DNA from: Centroscyllium fabricii
Taxonomy: Eukaryota
DNA length: 64,000 bases
Assembly (NCBI GenBank): GCA_051313645.2
Contig: JBNRSN020000028.1
Coordinates: 67,518,001 to 67,582,000, forward strand
Direction: 5' to 3'
Numbering within the stretch: the stretch's first letter is position 1; each line of letters starts with the position of its first letter. The notes beneath the pieces were generated by a model, which searched no databases, was not told where the DNA came from, and saw only the letters and a program-made list of their open reading frames with translations. A program made the position numbers and the translations under genes. Of this stretch, positions 1-12,420 are shown piece after piece.

Positions 1-500
1 TTTCTCTCCAGCCCAGAAGAGATGTCCTTAACCCTGGCACCGGGCAGGCAACACAACCTTCAGGACTCCCGCTCTCGGTTGCAGAGAACCCTATCTATCC
101 CCCTAATGATACTATCCCCTAGCACTACAACACTTCTATTTACTCCCCCCTCTTGAATGGCCCCCCATTCCATGGTGCTGTGGCCAGGTTGCTCATCCTC
201 CCTGCACTCCCCGCTTCCGCCCTCACAGGGAGTAAGAGCCTCAAACCTGTTAGACAAGAGCAAGGGCTGCGGCTCCTCCAACACTACCTCCTGGATCCCC
301 GTTCCTGACTCATTCATGTCACACCGTCCTGTCCCTGACCAGGAGCTACATTTAATTTAGTTAGTCTATTTGGTGTGGCTATCTCCTGGTACACAAAGTC
401 CAGGTAACTCACCCCCTCTCTGATGTGTCGCAGTGTCTGAAGCTCAGACTGTAGCTCATCAACACGAAGCCAGAGTTCTTTGAGCAACAAACACTTGCTG
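1..500 (-). pseudogene. CR1 LINE ORF1 remnant (coiled coil + start of SGNH esterase), running off the window start
   Basis: Minus-strand peptides SKCLLLKELWLRVDELQSELQTLRHIREG and LLLSNRFEAL...VVVLGDSIIRGIDR parallel the intact CR1 ORF1 at 8405-9349. Confidence 0.8.
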
Positions 501-509
501 CTGATAGGC

Positions 510-2004
510 TGTGCGCCCAGCAGGGGGCCAAAGTTTGAGTCGCTGGAGTGAGGCTGGCCTTACTTAAAGCTAGCCTGCTCACTTTCAAGGCAGTCTCTAG
601 CTCTGAAAGCTGAACTTCCTTCTGCACATAAAAATGCTCAAGGTGCTCCAGCACTAAGGCAAATGGCTCAACAGGCCAGGGAAAGGACCCCCAGGGTCTC
701 ACTCACAGCACTCCGGCTTTTGCAGGGGTTCAATACTGGAAGAGAGATCCTCTATCCACAGGGGGTTGGGAGGCCCTCCAGGAGGAAGGATGTGGAACCA
801 GATCGCCGAGGCAGTCACTGCCAGCATTGTTGCCCCTAGGACCTGGCTCCAGTGCCCAAAGAAGTTTCATGACCTCAGACGAGTGGTCAAGGTCAGTGAA
901 TGCATCTTCAAAAGCCATCTCCTACCAACTGAATCACTGACCTCACACACAACCCCATACCCCCATTGCTCACCTATCAACAGCATGTACCAAACACGAG
1001 GCATACCTCCCATTCCTAGCTTCACCTCACCCACTTGGAGGAGACAGTGCAGGCCATTCTTGGCAGAGGCATTGCTGAGCTCCTGGCTAGCGGCTGAGCT
1101 GAAAGAATTCAAGATGCAGGTATCTTCATATGTTATCCTCCTTCTCATATCCCACTTCCCCCTCATTCCACAATCTCTTCTGATGTACAAGCTGCACATG
1201 GTGTAAGCATACACCTCTTCCTTTACACCCCTCCCCTAACCACAACCTTACCCTTGTGCCTTCCTCATTTCAGATACCCAAGAAATCCAGCCTGCCCAGC
1301 CAGTGGGTCAACAAGAAGAGGGAGAGGAGAGTGAAGAAGAAGAAGAAGAAACACCGTCACTCGATTTCACACTCCCAGCCACCAGCTCCTTGAGGTCATC
1401 CTGCAAGGCCATCTACAGTGTCCCCCACTGAAAGTCAGCAGCCTTCCAACATCTATGCTGTAGCCACTGAGGTAGCATTGTGTAACATCACTAGGATAGG
1501 CAAAACACACACAAGACAGTCACTGAGGTAATGTTCAAGGGTGATTAGTTGGTTTTCTGATGTTATATTGGATGCATATATGGATAAAGTTGAATTGGAA
1601 AGTTTGATTTGTGGTGGCTTTTGTTTCAGCATTGTGGTCAGGAGGACGCTGTTATGGGCAGTAACAGAGTGATGGTAAGGTGTGAGAAAAATGTTGAAAG
1701 GGAATTGGGGTTGTGTTCACTGGTACTGTAGGTGGGTGATTCGATCCCGGATATCCCATCAAGCAAGGGGATGGCTGCGTTGCCTCTTTCCTTCGGCTTC
1801 CTCCTCCCTCTGTGAGCAGCTTGTCCCCTTTGCAGCCTCTGCTCCATCTCCATGTCATGCTGCAGCCCAAGGGAGACTGCAACTAGAGCCCCCAGGACTG
1901 TGAGAAAGTGATGTTCTTAGAGGCCTTCCTTTAATAGCCAAAGCCTTGCAAACATCTAGCAGCACTCCCTGCACACTTTAACAACTTTTTTAATGTATTG
2001 CACC
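510..2004 (+). mobile_element. Decayed PIF/Harbinger-type transposon, left part: Myb/SANT gene remnant (+) and probable transposase N-terminus remnant (-, about 1640-1900); probably continues at about 12421-12820
   Basis: WNQIAEAVTASIVAPRTWLQCPKKFHDLRRVVK followed by a GT donor at about 891 matches the Myb/SANT exon 1 at 46229-46492. The two genes have the same convergent layout as 45977-50214. Boundaries are approximate. Confidence 0.6.
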
Positions 2005-2510
2005 TGTCATACGTTGGCTCTTCCTCTTTAACTGGCAACTACCTTATTAGCTCTGCTTGGCAACCACCTCATTAGCTTTACTGCTCGCACCTGATTGAAC
2101 AGCCCAGAGTCACCAGTGACAATCAGGAGCTGTATTTGAACCCCTGTTTTCTACCCAGTGGTTGCCAGAACGTTTTGTGCTTTCTGACTGAGGTAACCTG
2201 TGTTTGTTCTTAAGCTCTCTTATCCTGCCTGTTCGAGATACTGACCTGCTTTCTGGATCATGGACTCTCTTCTGCCTGACCCCATTTGGATTTGTCACTT
2301 TCGTGGACTGACTACCCGTTATTGATCTGTTTTTGGTATTTGGATTCTCTTCTGCCTGACCTCTGTTTTGGACTTGTTGCCTCCGCGAACTTTCTGCCTA
2401 TATATCGACCTACTGTTACCTATGTCTTCTACTGCTCAGAAATAAAGTAGTTTACTTCTACATATGCTGTTTCGGTGTATTGCATTTGGGCCCAACCTAC
2501 ACCCTTTACA
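2005..2510 (+). repeat. 5' LTR of the Sushi-type element
   Basis: TGTCAT...TTTACA. About 20 differences from the 3' LTR counted by eye (about 4%). AATAAA at about 2440. Confidence 0.97.
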
Positions 2511-2527
2511 GTACGATCTGGCCAGAA

Positions 2528-3495
2528 ATGGACCCAGCAGACACACCGGATCGCCTTGCACAGATCGAGGGCGCCCTAAGGCACCAGGGGCAGGCCTTGG
2601 GGAAGCTATATGCTCAAATGGAGCAGCTAACCGCTGCCCTGATCCAGCGGGCAGCTACGGACCCGGAAGGGATCCCACCACCACCAGTTCTTGCTCCAGC
2701 ATCGGTGTCGGCACCCATGCCTCACCCACAAGGCCTCACACCGGAACCCCGGGTCGGTGTCCCGGAGCGTTACGCCAGGGAACCTGAGGAATGCAATCCC
2801 TTCCTCACAAACTGTTCCATCCTTTTTGCATTGCAGCCCCACACCTTTGCCGATGAGGCGGCAAAGGTAGCCTTTGCTATTAACCACCTAACAGGAAGAG
2901 CTCGCCTCTGGGGAACCGCCTAGTGGGAGAGAGAGACTCTGGCTTGCTCTTCTTTCCAGATGTTTGCCATCGAATTAAGAAAGGTGTTCGGCATGGTGAC
3001 CTATGGCTCTGAAGCAGCTCGGGGACTCATGAATCTGAGCCAGGGTAATCAGACAGTGGCCGACTATACCATAGATTTCTGAATCAGAGCTCATCAGAGT
3101 GATTGGAACTCTGCTGCATTGTGTGACTTTTTCGCCATGGGCTTGCAGAGTACATCAAGGATGAACTGGTCTCCTATGATCTCCCCTCCACCCTGGATGA
3201 ACTAATTAGGCTTGCCACCAGGATTGACCTCCATATCCAGGCGCGGAGACGTGAGAGACGACTGGGAACAACTGGTCGACCTCCTCCGAACCGATCTCAA
3301 GAGATTTTCGTGGCACCCAGGCCTACTGCTACAGCAAGGTCACAGTCGGAGGGGCCCGAACCGATGCAGTTGGGTCGCACCAGTCTCTCATTAGAGGAGC
3401 GTGAACGACGCCGCCAGGGGAATCTCTGTCTGTACTGTGGCCAGGCCGGCCATTTTGTTTCCCGATGCCCAGCAAAAGGCCAGGCTCACCAGTAG
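2528..3495 (+). pseudogene. gag: gag (retrotransposon capsid + CCHC zinc knuckle), with stops and a frameshift
   Basis: MDPADT...PERYAREPEECNPFL...LTGRARLW and EPMQLG...[14 protein letters not shown]. Confidence 0.9.
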
Positions 3496-3551
3496 ATGGG
3501 GTCATACTGGTGAGCTGAATTCCTACAAGACTCTCTCCCAATCCACGACCC

Positions 3552-5347
3552 TTGTGCCAGGCCAGACTTCTGCTTCCCAGTGGTTCCCAGACTCTCGCCA
3601 CCTTTATTGACTCTGGAGCTGACGTTAATATTATTGATGAGGAGCTTGTCACGCAGCTGGAGATTGACCGGGTTCCACTGCCGCAGCCGGTTCCTGCCAA
3701 CGCCCTCGATGGTCACCTCCTGGGAACGGTGACACATCAGACCTCACCGGTTCACATGCTTATGTCTGGTAATCATTATGAAAGTATTCAGTTTCATATT
3801 CTGAAATCACCTCGGCTTCCTTTGATTCTGGGACACACTTGGCTTCGCCACCACAACCCCCATATTGACTGGAACACGGGAACCATTCTGGGGTGGAGTT
3901 CCTCCTGTCACCAGGTCTGTCTGAAACAGGCCACCGTCTCCTGACAGCCATTAACTCCTCTTCCCGCTCCAGATCTTTCGGTGGTCCCCACTGAATACCA
4001 CGATTTTAGGGAGGTATTCAGCAAGGCTAGAGCCATGTCGCTGCCTCCACATCGCCCCTACGACTGCGCCATTGATCTGCAGCCAGGTTCTTCCCCACCC
4101 AAGGGACGCCTGTATTCCTTGTCTGCACCTGAGAGGGAGGCCATGGAAGCGTACATCAGCGACTCTATGGCGGCGGGGATCATCCGTCCCTCTTCATCAC
4201 CTGCTGGGGCTGGATTCTTTTTTGTTCATAAGAAGGACGGGTCGCTGCGACCATGCATCGACTACAGGGGCCTAAATGACATCACGATAAAGAACCGGTA
4301 TCCTCTTCCACTCATCTCTTCTGCCTTTGAGTTGCTACAGGGGGCGATCATCTTTAACAAGCTTGACCTTCGTAACGCCTATCACCTGGTCCGGATCCGA
4401 GAGGGCGATGAATGGAAGACAGCTTTCAACACTCCCTCTGGTCATTATGAATACCTCGTAATGCCGTTCGGGTTAACCAACGCCCTGGCGGTATTTCAAG
4501 CCTTGGTGAATGACGTGTTAAGGGACATGCTGAACTGGTTCGTGTTCGTTTACATGGACGACATTTTGATTTTTTCTAAGTCTCGGGAGGAGCATGTTCA
4601 CCATGTCCAGACTGTCCTGCAACGGCTCCTCGAGAACTCTTTATTTGTGAAGACGGAGAAGTGTAAGTTTCACGTCACTACCGTATCTTTCTTGGTGTAC
4701 ATCATTGCGCAGGGGAGCATGCAGATTGATCCAGAGAAAGTGTCAGCTGTCACGTCTTGGCCTATTCCGGAGACACGTAAACAGCTACAGCGGTTCCTGG
4801 GGTTTGCTAACTTCTATCGAAGGTTCATTCATGGCTACAGCATGGGAACGGCCCTGTTAGCGGCCCTTACCTCCTCTAAGGTGCCGTTTCTGTGGTCTTC
4901 CGCAGCGGAGGAGGCTTTTCGAGGTCTCAGGTCCCGGTTCACCTCTGCTCCCATTCTCCAGGTGCCTGACCCGGATCAGCAGTTCGTGGTGGAGGTGGAA
5001 GCATCAGATGTGGGAGTAAGGGCTATTCTGTCCCAACGTTCCGCTTCCGACCAAAAGCTACATCCCTGTGCCTATTTTTCTAAACACCTGTCCTCGGCAG
5101 AGAGGAATTATGACATCGGGAACTGGGAGTTACTTGCGGTCAAGATAGCATTGGAGGAGTGGCGCCATTGGCTAGAGGGGACCAAGCTGCCGTTCCTAGT
5201 CTGGACAGACCATAAGAACCTCGAATACATTCATATGGCCAAGAGGCTGAATTCATGGCAGGCCAGGTGGTCCCTCTTCTTTACTCGTTTCAACTTCTCC
5301 CTCTCCTACCGGCCTGGTTCTCGCAATATCAAGCCTGATGCTCTGTC
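3552..5347 (+). pseudogene. pol: pol N-part: aspartic protease, reverse transcriptase, RNase H (cut by the CR1 insertion)
   Basis: FIDSGADVN; [34 protein letters not shown]; ELLAVK, WTDHKNL. Stop codon at 3942-3944. Confidence 0.95.
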
Positions 5348-5447
5348 ATAGAATCATAGAATCATAGAAGATAGGAGCAGGAGTAGGCCATTCAGCCCTT
5401 CGAGCCTGCTCCGCCATTCAATGAGATCATGGCTGATCTTCAGTAAG

Positions 5448-8403
5448 CTAGTACCCCGTCCCCGCCTTTTCTCCGTAACCTTTAATCCCTTTAGCTTGAA
5501 GAAATATATCTAATTCCCTCTTGAATATGTTTAATGAACTGACCTCCACCGCCCTCTGTGGCAAGGAATTCCACAGGCCCACCACTCTCTGAGTGAAGAA
5601 ATTCTTCCTCATGTCTGTCCTAAATGGCTTACCCCTTATTCTTAGACCGTGGCCCCTGGTTCTGGACTCCCCCGCCATTGGAAACATTCTCTCTGAATCT
5701 AACCTGTCCAGACCTTTCAGAATTTTATACGTCTCAATGAGATCGCCTCTCAATCTTCTAAACTCCAACGAGTACAAGCCCAGACTACATAATCTCTCCT
5801 CGTAGGTCATTCCTGCCATTCCAGGAATCAGCCTGGTGAAACGCCGCTGCACTCCTTCCATGGCAAGAACATCCTTCCTCAGGCGAGGCGACCAGAACTG
5901 TACACAATACTCGAGGTGTGGTCTCACCAGTGCCTTGTACAGCTGTAGTAAGTTATCCTTATTCCTATACTCGAACCCTCTTGATATGAAGGCCAACACA
6001 CCATTTGCCTTCCTAACCGCCTGCTGCACCTGCGTGCTCGCCTTCAGCGACTGGTGCACAAGAACACCCAGGTCTCTTTGCACCTCCCCATCTCCCAATC
6101 TATTGCCATTTAAGTAATAATCTACCCTCCTGTTTTTGCCCCCAAAGTGGATAACCTCACATTTATCCACATTATAGTGCATCTGCCATCTATCTGCCCA
6201 GTCCCCCAACTTATCCAAATCGCCCTGTAACTTCCTGACACCCTCTTCAGAGCCCGCCCCCCCCCCCTCCTAGTTTGGTGTCATCCGTGAATTTGGAGAT
6301 ATTACATTCAATTCCCTGATCCAGATCATTAATATATATTGTAAACAGCTGGGGTCCCAGGACAGACCCCTGCGGTACCCCACTAGTCACCGGCTGCCAC
6401 TCAGAAAACGAGCCGTTAATTCCAACTCTCTGTTTTCTATCTGCCAACCAGTTCTCTATCCACATCAAAACTTTGCCCCCAATCCCATGAGCCTTAATTT
6501 TACATGCTAATCTTTTATGTGGAACCTTATCGAAGGCTTTCTGGAAGTCAAGGTACACCACATCTACTGGCTCTCCCCCAGCTATTTTCCGAGTTACTTC
6601 CTCAAAGAATTCCAATAGATTAGTAAAACACGATTTACCTTTTGTAAATCCATGTTGACTCTGTCCGATCTCATCCCTAATTGTCAAATGCTCCGAGATT
6701 ACATCCTTGATAATGGACTCGAGCATTTTGCCCACTACTGATGTAAGGCTTACTGGTCTATAATTCCCTGCTTTCTCTCTGCCCCCCCTTTTAAATAGTG
6801 GGGTAACATTAGCCACCCTCCAATCCGTGGGTACTGATCCAGAGTCTATCAAGTTCTGGAAAATGATCCTTAAAGCACCCGCTATCTCCAGGGCCACCTC
6901 TTTAAGTACCCTAGGATGTAGATTATCAGGCCCTGGGGATTTGTCGGCCTTCAATCCCTTGAACTTCCCCAAAACCATCTCCTTAGAAATACTGATATCT
7001 GTCAGCTCCTCCCTTGCATTAGACCCTATGTTCGCTGCTATCCCTGGGAGGTTGCTTGTGTCCTCCTTTGTGAAGACAGAACCAAAATATGAATTTAGTT
7101 GGTCTGCCATTTCTTTATTCCCCATTATATATTCCCCTGAATCAGACTGCAAGGGACCGACTTGGGATTTTACCAATCTTTTCCTCTTGATGTACCTATA
7201 AAAGCTTTTGCAGTCAGTTTTTATGTTTGCCGCAAGCTTACATTCGTAATCTATCTTCCCCCTCCTGATTAATCCCTTTGTCTTCCTTTGCTGTATACTG
7301 AACTGCTCCCAATCTTCCGGCCTGGTAGTTTTTTTGGCCAATTGATATGCCCATTTTTTGGATTTAATGTTGTCCCTTATTTCCCTTGTTATCCACGGTT
7401 GAGTCACCTTTCTAGGTTTATTCTTATGCCAAACAGGTATAAACGAGTTCTGTAATTCTTCCATTCTATACTTGAATGCTTGCCATTGTCTATCCACATT
7501 CAATCCCCCCAGAAACACTGCCCAATCAATTTTACTTAATTCCCTTCTCATACCTTCATAATTCCCCTTATTTAAATTCAGGACCTTAGTCTCTGAGTTG
7601 ATCTTTTCACTTTCCATCTCAACTGAGAATTCGATCATATTATGATCCCTCCGACCCAAGGGGCCTCGTACAACTAGATTGCTAATTAGTCCCTTCTCAT
7701 TGCACAATACCCAGTCTAAGATGGCCTGATCCCGAGTTGGTTCCTCGACGTATTGGTCCAGGTAACCGTCCCGTAAACATGCTAGGAATTCCTCCTCCTC
7801 AGTATTTTTACTAATTTGGCTAGTCCAATCAATATGTAGATTAAAGTCGCCCATGACGACAGCTGTGCCCTTATTGCACGCTTCTCTAATTTCCCTTTCT
7901 ATGCCGTCCCCCACCTCCATATTACTATTTGGAGGCCTGTATATAACTCCCACTAATGTTTTCCGCCCTTTACTATTTCTTAGTTCTACCCATATAGATT
8001 CCGTATCATCGGAGTTAATATCCTTCCTTTCAATTGCATTTATCCCCTCTTTCACCAGCAATGCCACCCCACCTCCCTTTCTTTTGTGCCGATCCTTTCT
8101 GAATGTTGTATACCCCGGGATGTTGAGTTCCCAGCCTTGCCCACCCTGCAGCCATGTTTCCGTAATTCCAATCAACTCATATTTGCTTATCTCTATTTCA
8201 ACAGCTAGTTCATCCACCTTGTTCCTAATGCTTCTTGCATTAAGATACAAAGCCTTTAGGCTTGTTTTGATCACACTATTATGAATTAGTTTGGCCCTTT
8301 GTGTTTCTCTCCCTTGCTTATTGCTTCTCACCTTCCTACCATTTATTTCTGGCTTCCTATGACTTCCCTCTTTTCCACTACCTAGGTTCCCACCCCCCGC
8401 CAT
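5448..8403 (-). pseudogene. CR1 ORF2 (APE endonuclease + RT), one frameshift at a G-run near 6255-6270
   Basis: YLNARS, ITETWL, YRPPN, GDFN, DHNMI; [39 protein letters not shown]; C-terminal RDLGV...LEYCVQFWSP...WNSLP. Confidence 0.95.
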
Positions 8404-8404
8404 A

Positions 8405-9349
8405 CTAGTTTAAAACCTCCCGAACCGCTTTAGTAAATATTACCCCGAGGACATCTTTTCCACCTCTGTTCAAATGCAGACCGTGCCTTTGGTACAGGTC
8501 CGACCTCCCCCAGAACTGGTTCCAATGCCTCAGGAATTTAAATTGCTCCCACTTGCACCACTGCTTAAGCCACGTATTTAGCCTAACTATCCTGCTCTCT
8601 CTATTCATATTAGCTCGTGGCACTGGTAGCAATCCAGAGATTACTATATTTGAGGTCCTACTTTTTAATTTATCTCCTAACTCCCTAAATTCAGCTTGTA
8701 GGACCTCCTCCCTTTTTTTACCTACATCGTTGGTACCTACATGTACCACGACAACTGGCTGTTCACCCTCCCCCTCCAGAATGCTCTGCACCCGCTCCGA
8801 GACATCCTTGACCCTTGCACCAGGGAGGCAACGCGCCATCTTGGTATCTCGCTGACGGCCACAGAAACTCCCGTCTATTCCCCTTACAATTGAATCCCCT
8901 ATCACTATAGCCCTGTCACTCTTTTTCCCGCCCTTCTGTGCAGCAGAGCCAGTCATGGTGCCATGAACCTGGCTGCTGGTGCCTTCCCCTGATAAGTCAT
9001 CTCCCCCAACAGCACCCAAAACGGTAAACCTGTTTTGGAGGGAGATGACCGCAGGGGACCCCTGCACTACCTTCCTGACATTACTCTTTCTTTTGGTCAC
9101 CCAGATGCTGTCTGAGCTAGCCTTAACCTGCGGTGTGACCAACTCACTGAATGTGCTATCCACAACCTTCTCAGCTTCGTGGATGCTCCAGAGTGAGTCC
9201 ATCCGCAGCTCCAGCTCCGACATGCGGACCTGCAGGAGCTGCAGCTGGACACACTTCCTGCACACATAGTTGTCAGGGACACTTCCAGTGTCCCTGACTT
9301 CCCACATTGCACAGGAGGAGCAGGACACGGGTCTGAGCTGCTCTGCCAT
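8405..9349 (-). CDS. CR1 ORF1 (CxxC-CxxC zinc finger, leucine zipper, SGNH esterase), intact, 314 aa
   Basis: CSSCAMW...CRKC, heptad leucines, [20 protein letters not shown]. The TAG stop lies 1 nt before the ORF2 ATG. Confidence 0.93.
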   Translation of the reverse strand: MAEQLRPVSCSSCAMWEVRDTGSVPDNYVCRKCVQLQLLQVRMSELELRMDSLWSIHEAEKVVDSTFSELVTPQVKASSDSIWVTKRKSNVRKVVQGSPAVISLQNRFTVLGAVGGDDLSGEGTSSQVHGTMTGSAAQKGGKKSDRAIVIGDSIVRGIDGSFCGRQRDTKMARCLPGARVKDVSERVQSILEGEGEQPVVVVHVGTNDVGKKREEVLQAEFRELGDKLKSRTSNIVISGLLPVPRANMNRESRIVRLNTWLKQWCKWEQFKFLRHWNQFWGRSDLYQRHGLHLNRGGKDVLGVIFTKAVREVLN

Positions 9350-9800
9350 GACTTAACCCTTATTTACTGAGATTTAACTTACTTATTAAATTAAGTTGTA
9401 CTTCTTTGTAAATGTCTGAGAAGTACTTACCAACCAGTCACCTACCTACTTTCTTGTGATGTATTTCTCGCTGTCGCCTCCTGTTTTCTGGTGATGTCCT
9501 TTTTGCTGCTGCTTCCTGTTGCCTCCTCCTGATACTGCCCTGGTGCCTGCTGCTGAAAAAAAAAAGAACAAAGACCCGGAAAACTCCTGTCCTGGTCCTG
9601 CTGCTGCCGCCGACTGCTACCTCTGTCCAGGAGCCCTTCCACTTAGGTTAAGTCCCTGAAACAAAAAACAAATCAAACCTACCTTTTAATTCCCTCTACC
9701 CCTAAAGGTTAGAGGAGGTGGAAGGGTGGGAGACACTACTACTGTAGTGTCTCGGGTTTAGCAACTGCTCCACCTATATATGGGTACCAATGGATTGGCA

Positions 9801-10284
9801 CCGCCCCCTGGCTTTGAAAAAAGCCCGCGAAACTCGGTCCGCTCTGCTCGCTGCTGCGGTCTCTCGGGACCCACCTAGCTCCGCTCCGCTCCGCGCTGCC
9901 TCTGTGCCTGGGCCTCGCTGCCTCCGCTCTTTATAGCCGACTCCTTGTTGCTGCAGTCACTCCGGACTCTCCTAGGTCCGCTCTGCTCCGCCCCCTGGCT
10001 TTGAAAAAAGCCCGCGAAACTCGGTCCGCTCTGCTCTGCTCACTGCTGTGGTCTCTCGGGACCCACCTAGCTCCGCTCCGCGCTGCCTCTGTGCCTGGGC
10101 CTCGCTGCCTCTGCTCTTTATAGCTGCCTCCTTGTTGCTGCAGTCACTCCGGACTCTCCGAGGTCCGCTCTGCCCCGCTCCCTGGCTTTGAAAAAAGCCC
10201 GCGAAACTCGGTCCGCTCTGCTCTGCTCGCTGCTGCCGTCTCTCGGGACCCACCTAGCTCCGCTCCGCTCCGCGCTGCCTCTGT
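9801..10284 (-). repeat. 187-bp tandem monomers (2.6 copies) at the CR1 5' end
   Basis: Units start at 9801, 9988 and 10175 (ccgccccctggctttgaaaaaagcccgcgaaactcgg...). They are CpG-rich, and each full unit has TATAAAG on the minus strand. Confidence 0.92.
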
Positions 10285-10285
10285 C

Positions 10286-11828
10286 CCGCCAGTTCCAGAA
10301 GGAGGAGAGTTCTGCTCCTGGATCTGACCTCATCCTTCCAGCTCCATGCCTGATTGCTGCCGTTACGTGGGAGATCGAGGAGAGAGTGAGATCAGCCGTG
10401 GAGAATCAGGCTGGACCCAGCGGTTGTCCTCCCGACCGTCTATTCGTTCCCAGGGACCTTAGACCTGATGTTTCCAAGCTTTCCTGCCATCCAGGGGCTC
10501 AAAGGACCAAGGAGGTTATACTGCAGAGGTTCTGGTGGGATACTCTGGAAGAAGACACCCGGGAGTTTGTCAACGCCTGCTCGGTCTGCAACCAACACAA
10601 GCCATCTCATCGGGCTCCCGCTGGTCTCCTGCAACCTCTGCCAGTGCTACATCGTCCTTGGTCCCACATATCCTTGGACTTTGTTACCGGTCTGCCTCCA
10701 TCCAAGGGACTAACCACTATCCTGACAGTGGTGGACAGATTCAGCAAGATGGCTCATTTCATATCTCTGCCTAAACTGCCCTCGGCGAAGGAGACGGCTG
10801 AACTTATGCTGCAACATGTTTTCCGTCTTCATGGTCTTCCTGTCGACGTAGTCTCTGATCGGGGTCCACAGTTTACGTCAGTATTCTGGAGGGAGTTCTG
10901 CAGGCTGATCGGGGCCACAGTCAGTCTGTCTTCAGGGTTTCATCCGCAGTCCAACGGGCAGTCTGAACGCATGAATCAGGAGATGGAGAAGGCTCTATGA
11001 TGCATGGTCTCCCAGAATCCCACTTCCTGGTCCCAGTTACTCCTGTGGGTAGAGTACGCCCACAACACCCTGACCAGTTCCAGCCCCCATTGTATCCGGA
11101 CCTGGAGAGGGAGGTTTCCTGTCCGTCCGTCCAGTCATTTATTCATCGATGTCGCCGGACTTGGGCCCAGGCACGGACTTCGTTGCTTCGCTCAGCGGAC
11201 CGCTACTCTGCTGCTGCCAACCGTCGGCGCTCGGAGGCTCCTACCTATCAGGCCGGTCAGAAGGTGTGGCTCTCCACTAAGGACCTGCCCCTCCAGGTGG
11301 AGTCTAAGAAGCTATCTCCCAGGTTTATCGGTCCCTTCGAGATCCAGAAGGTCATCAACCCAGTGGCAGTGAGACTCAAGCTTCCTCGAGCCATGTGGGT
11401 TCATCCTACTTTTCAAGTGTCGCGGCTCAAACCAGCACGAGAGAATGCATTAGTGCCTGTTGCCATGCCCCTCTCCGCCTCCTCGTATGCTTGATGGGGG
11501 GTTGGTCTACACGGTTCGCCGCCTGCTTCGCTCCCGTCGCTGAGGGAGAGGACTTCAGTACCTGGTGGACTGGGAGGGGTATGGTCCAGAGGAGAGGTCC
11601 TGGGTTCCTGCTCGTCACATTGTTGATCCTCAGCTTATGGCCGACTTCCACAGAAGGCACCCCGACCAGCCGACTAGGAGGACTGCGCCCCCTGGGGAGT
11701 CTGGTCAAGGGACCAGTTCCGTGCATTCTCCTGAAACCCTGGACGAGGAGGTGCAATCCTCTAATGAGGAGAATTACCTTAATTCGACTGATGAAATGGA
11801 CATGGATGAGGGTTCTGAGGAATATTAG
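10286..11828 (+). pseudogene. pol: pol C-part: integrase (HHCC, DDE, GPF/Y) and chromodomain, frameshifted
   Basis: HPG...[64 protein letters not shown]. Confidence 0.93.
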
Positions 11829-11914
11829 TCCCTCCTCTGCACCCCCTCCGCACACCTGACTCCGGCATTTGGGGTTTGGGACGTCGGGAGCCGTCCCTTG
11901 ATGGGGGGAGGTTC

Positions 11915-12420
11915 TGTCATAGGTTGGCTCTTCCTCTTTAACTGGCAACTACCTTATTAGCTCTGCTTGGCAACCACCTCATTAGCTCTACTGCTCGCAC
12001 CTGATTGAACAGCCCAGAGTCACCAGTGACAATCCGGAGCTGTATTTAAACCCCTGTTTTCTACCTAGTGGTTGCCAGATCATTTTGTGCTTTCTGACTG
12101 AGGTAACCTGTGTTTGTTCTTAAGCTCTCTTATCTTGCCTGTTCGAGATACTGACCTGCTTTCTGGATCGTGGACTCTCTTCTGCCTGACCTGGTTTGGA
12201 TTTGTCACTTTCGTGGACTGACTACCCGGTATTGATCTGTTTTTGGTATTTGGATTCTCTTCTGCCTGACCTCTGTTTTGGACTTGTTGTCTCCGTGAAC
12301 TTTCTGCCTATATATCGACCCACTGTTACCAGTGTCTTCTACTGCTCAGAAATAAAGTAGTTTACTTCTACATAAGCTGTTTGGGTGTATTGCATTTGGG
12401 CCCAACCTACACCCTTTACA
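11915..12420 (+). repeat. 3' LTR of the Sushi-type element
   Basis: Direct repeat of 2005-2510, preceded by the PPT and followed by the TSD GCACC. Confidence 0.97.

Larger units (their letters stand above)
5348..10285 (-). mobile_element. Near full-length CR1 LINE inserted antisense into the Sushi pol gene
   Basis: (TTCTATGA)n 3' tail at about 5348-5369, ORF1 + ORF2, and a 5' UTR with tandem monomers. CTCTGTC flanks both junctions (5341-5347 / 10279-10285), and the host reading PDALS|RQF is restored when the insert is removed. Confidence 0.95.
2005..12420 (+). mobile_element. Full-length Ty3/Gypsy chromovirus (Sushi/Tf1 group), interrupted by a CR1 LINE
   Basis: Two 506-bp TG...CA LTRs, 5-bp TSD GCACC (2000-2004 / 12421-12425), PPT GGGGGGAG at 11903-11910, domain order gag-PR-RT-RH-IN-chromodomain. 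Confidence 0.97.

Noticed and set aside
9700-9780. Possible self-cleaving ribozyme in the CR1 5' UTR
   Set aside because: I could not fit a hammerhead core (CUGANGA/GAAA) or an HDV-like double pseudoknot by eye. It is kept only as a hairpin.
9801-10284. Regular repeats as a possible CRISPR array (also 15061-15326 and 21050-21320)
   Set aside because: They are head-to-tail tandem repeats without unique spacers, in eukaryotic retroelements, with no cas genes.
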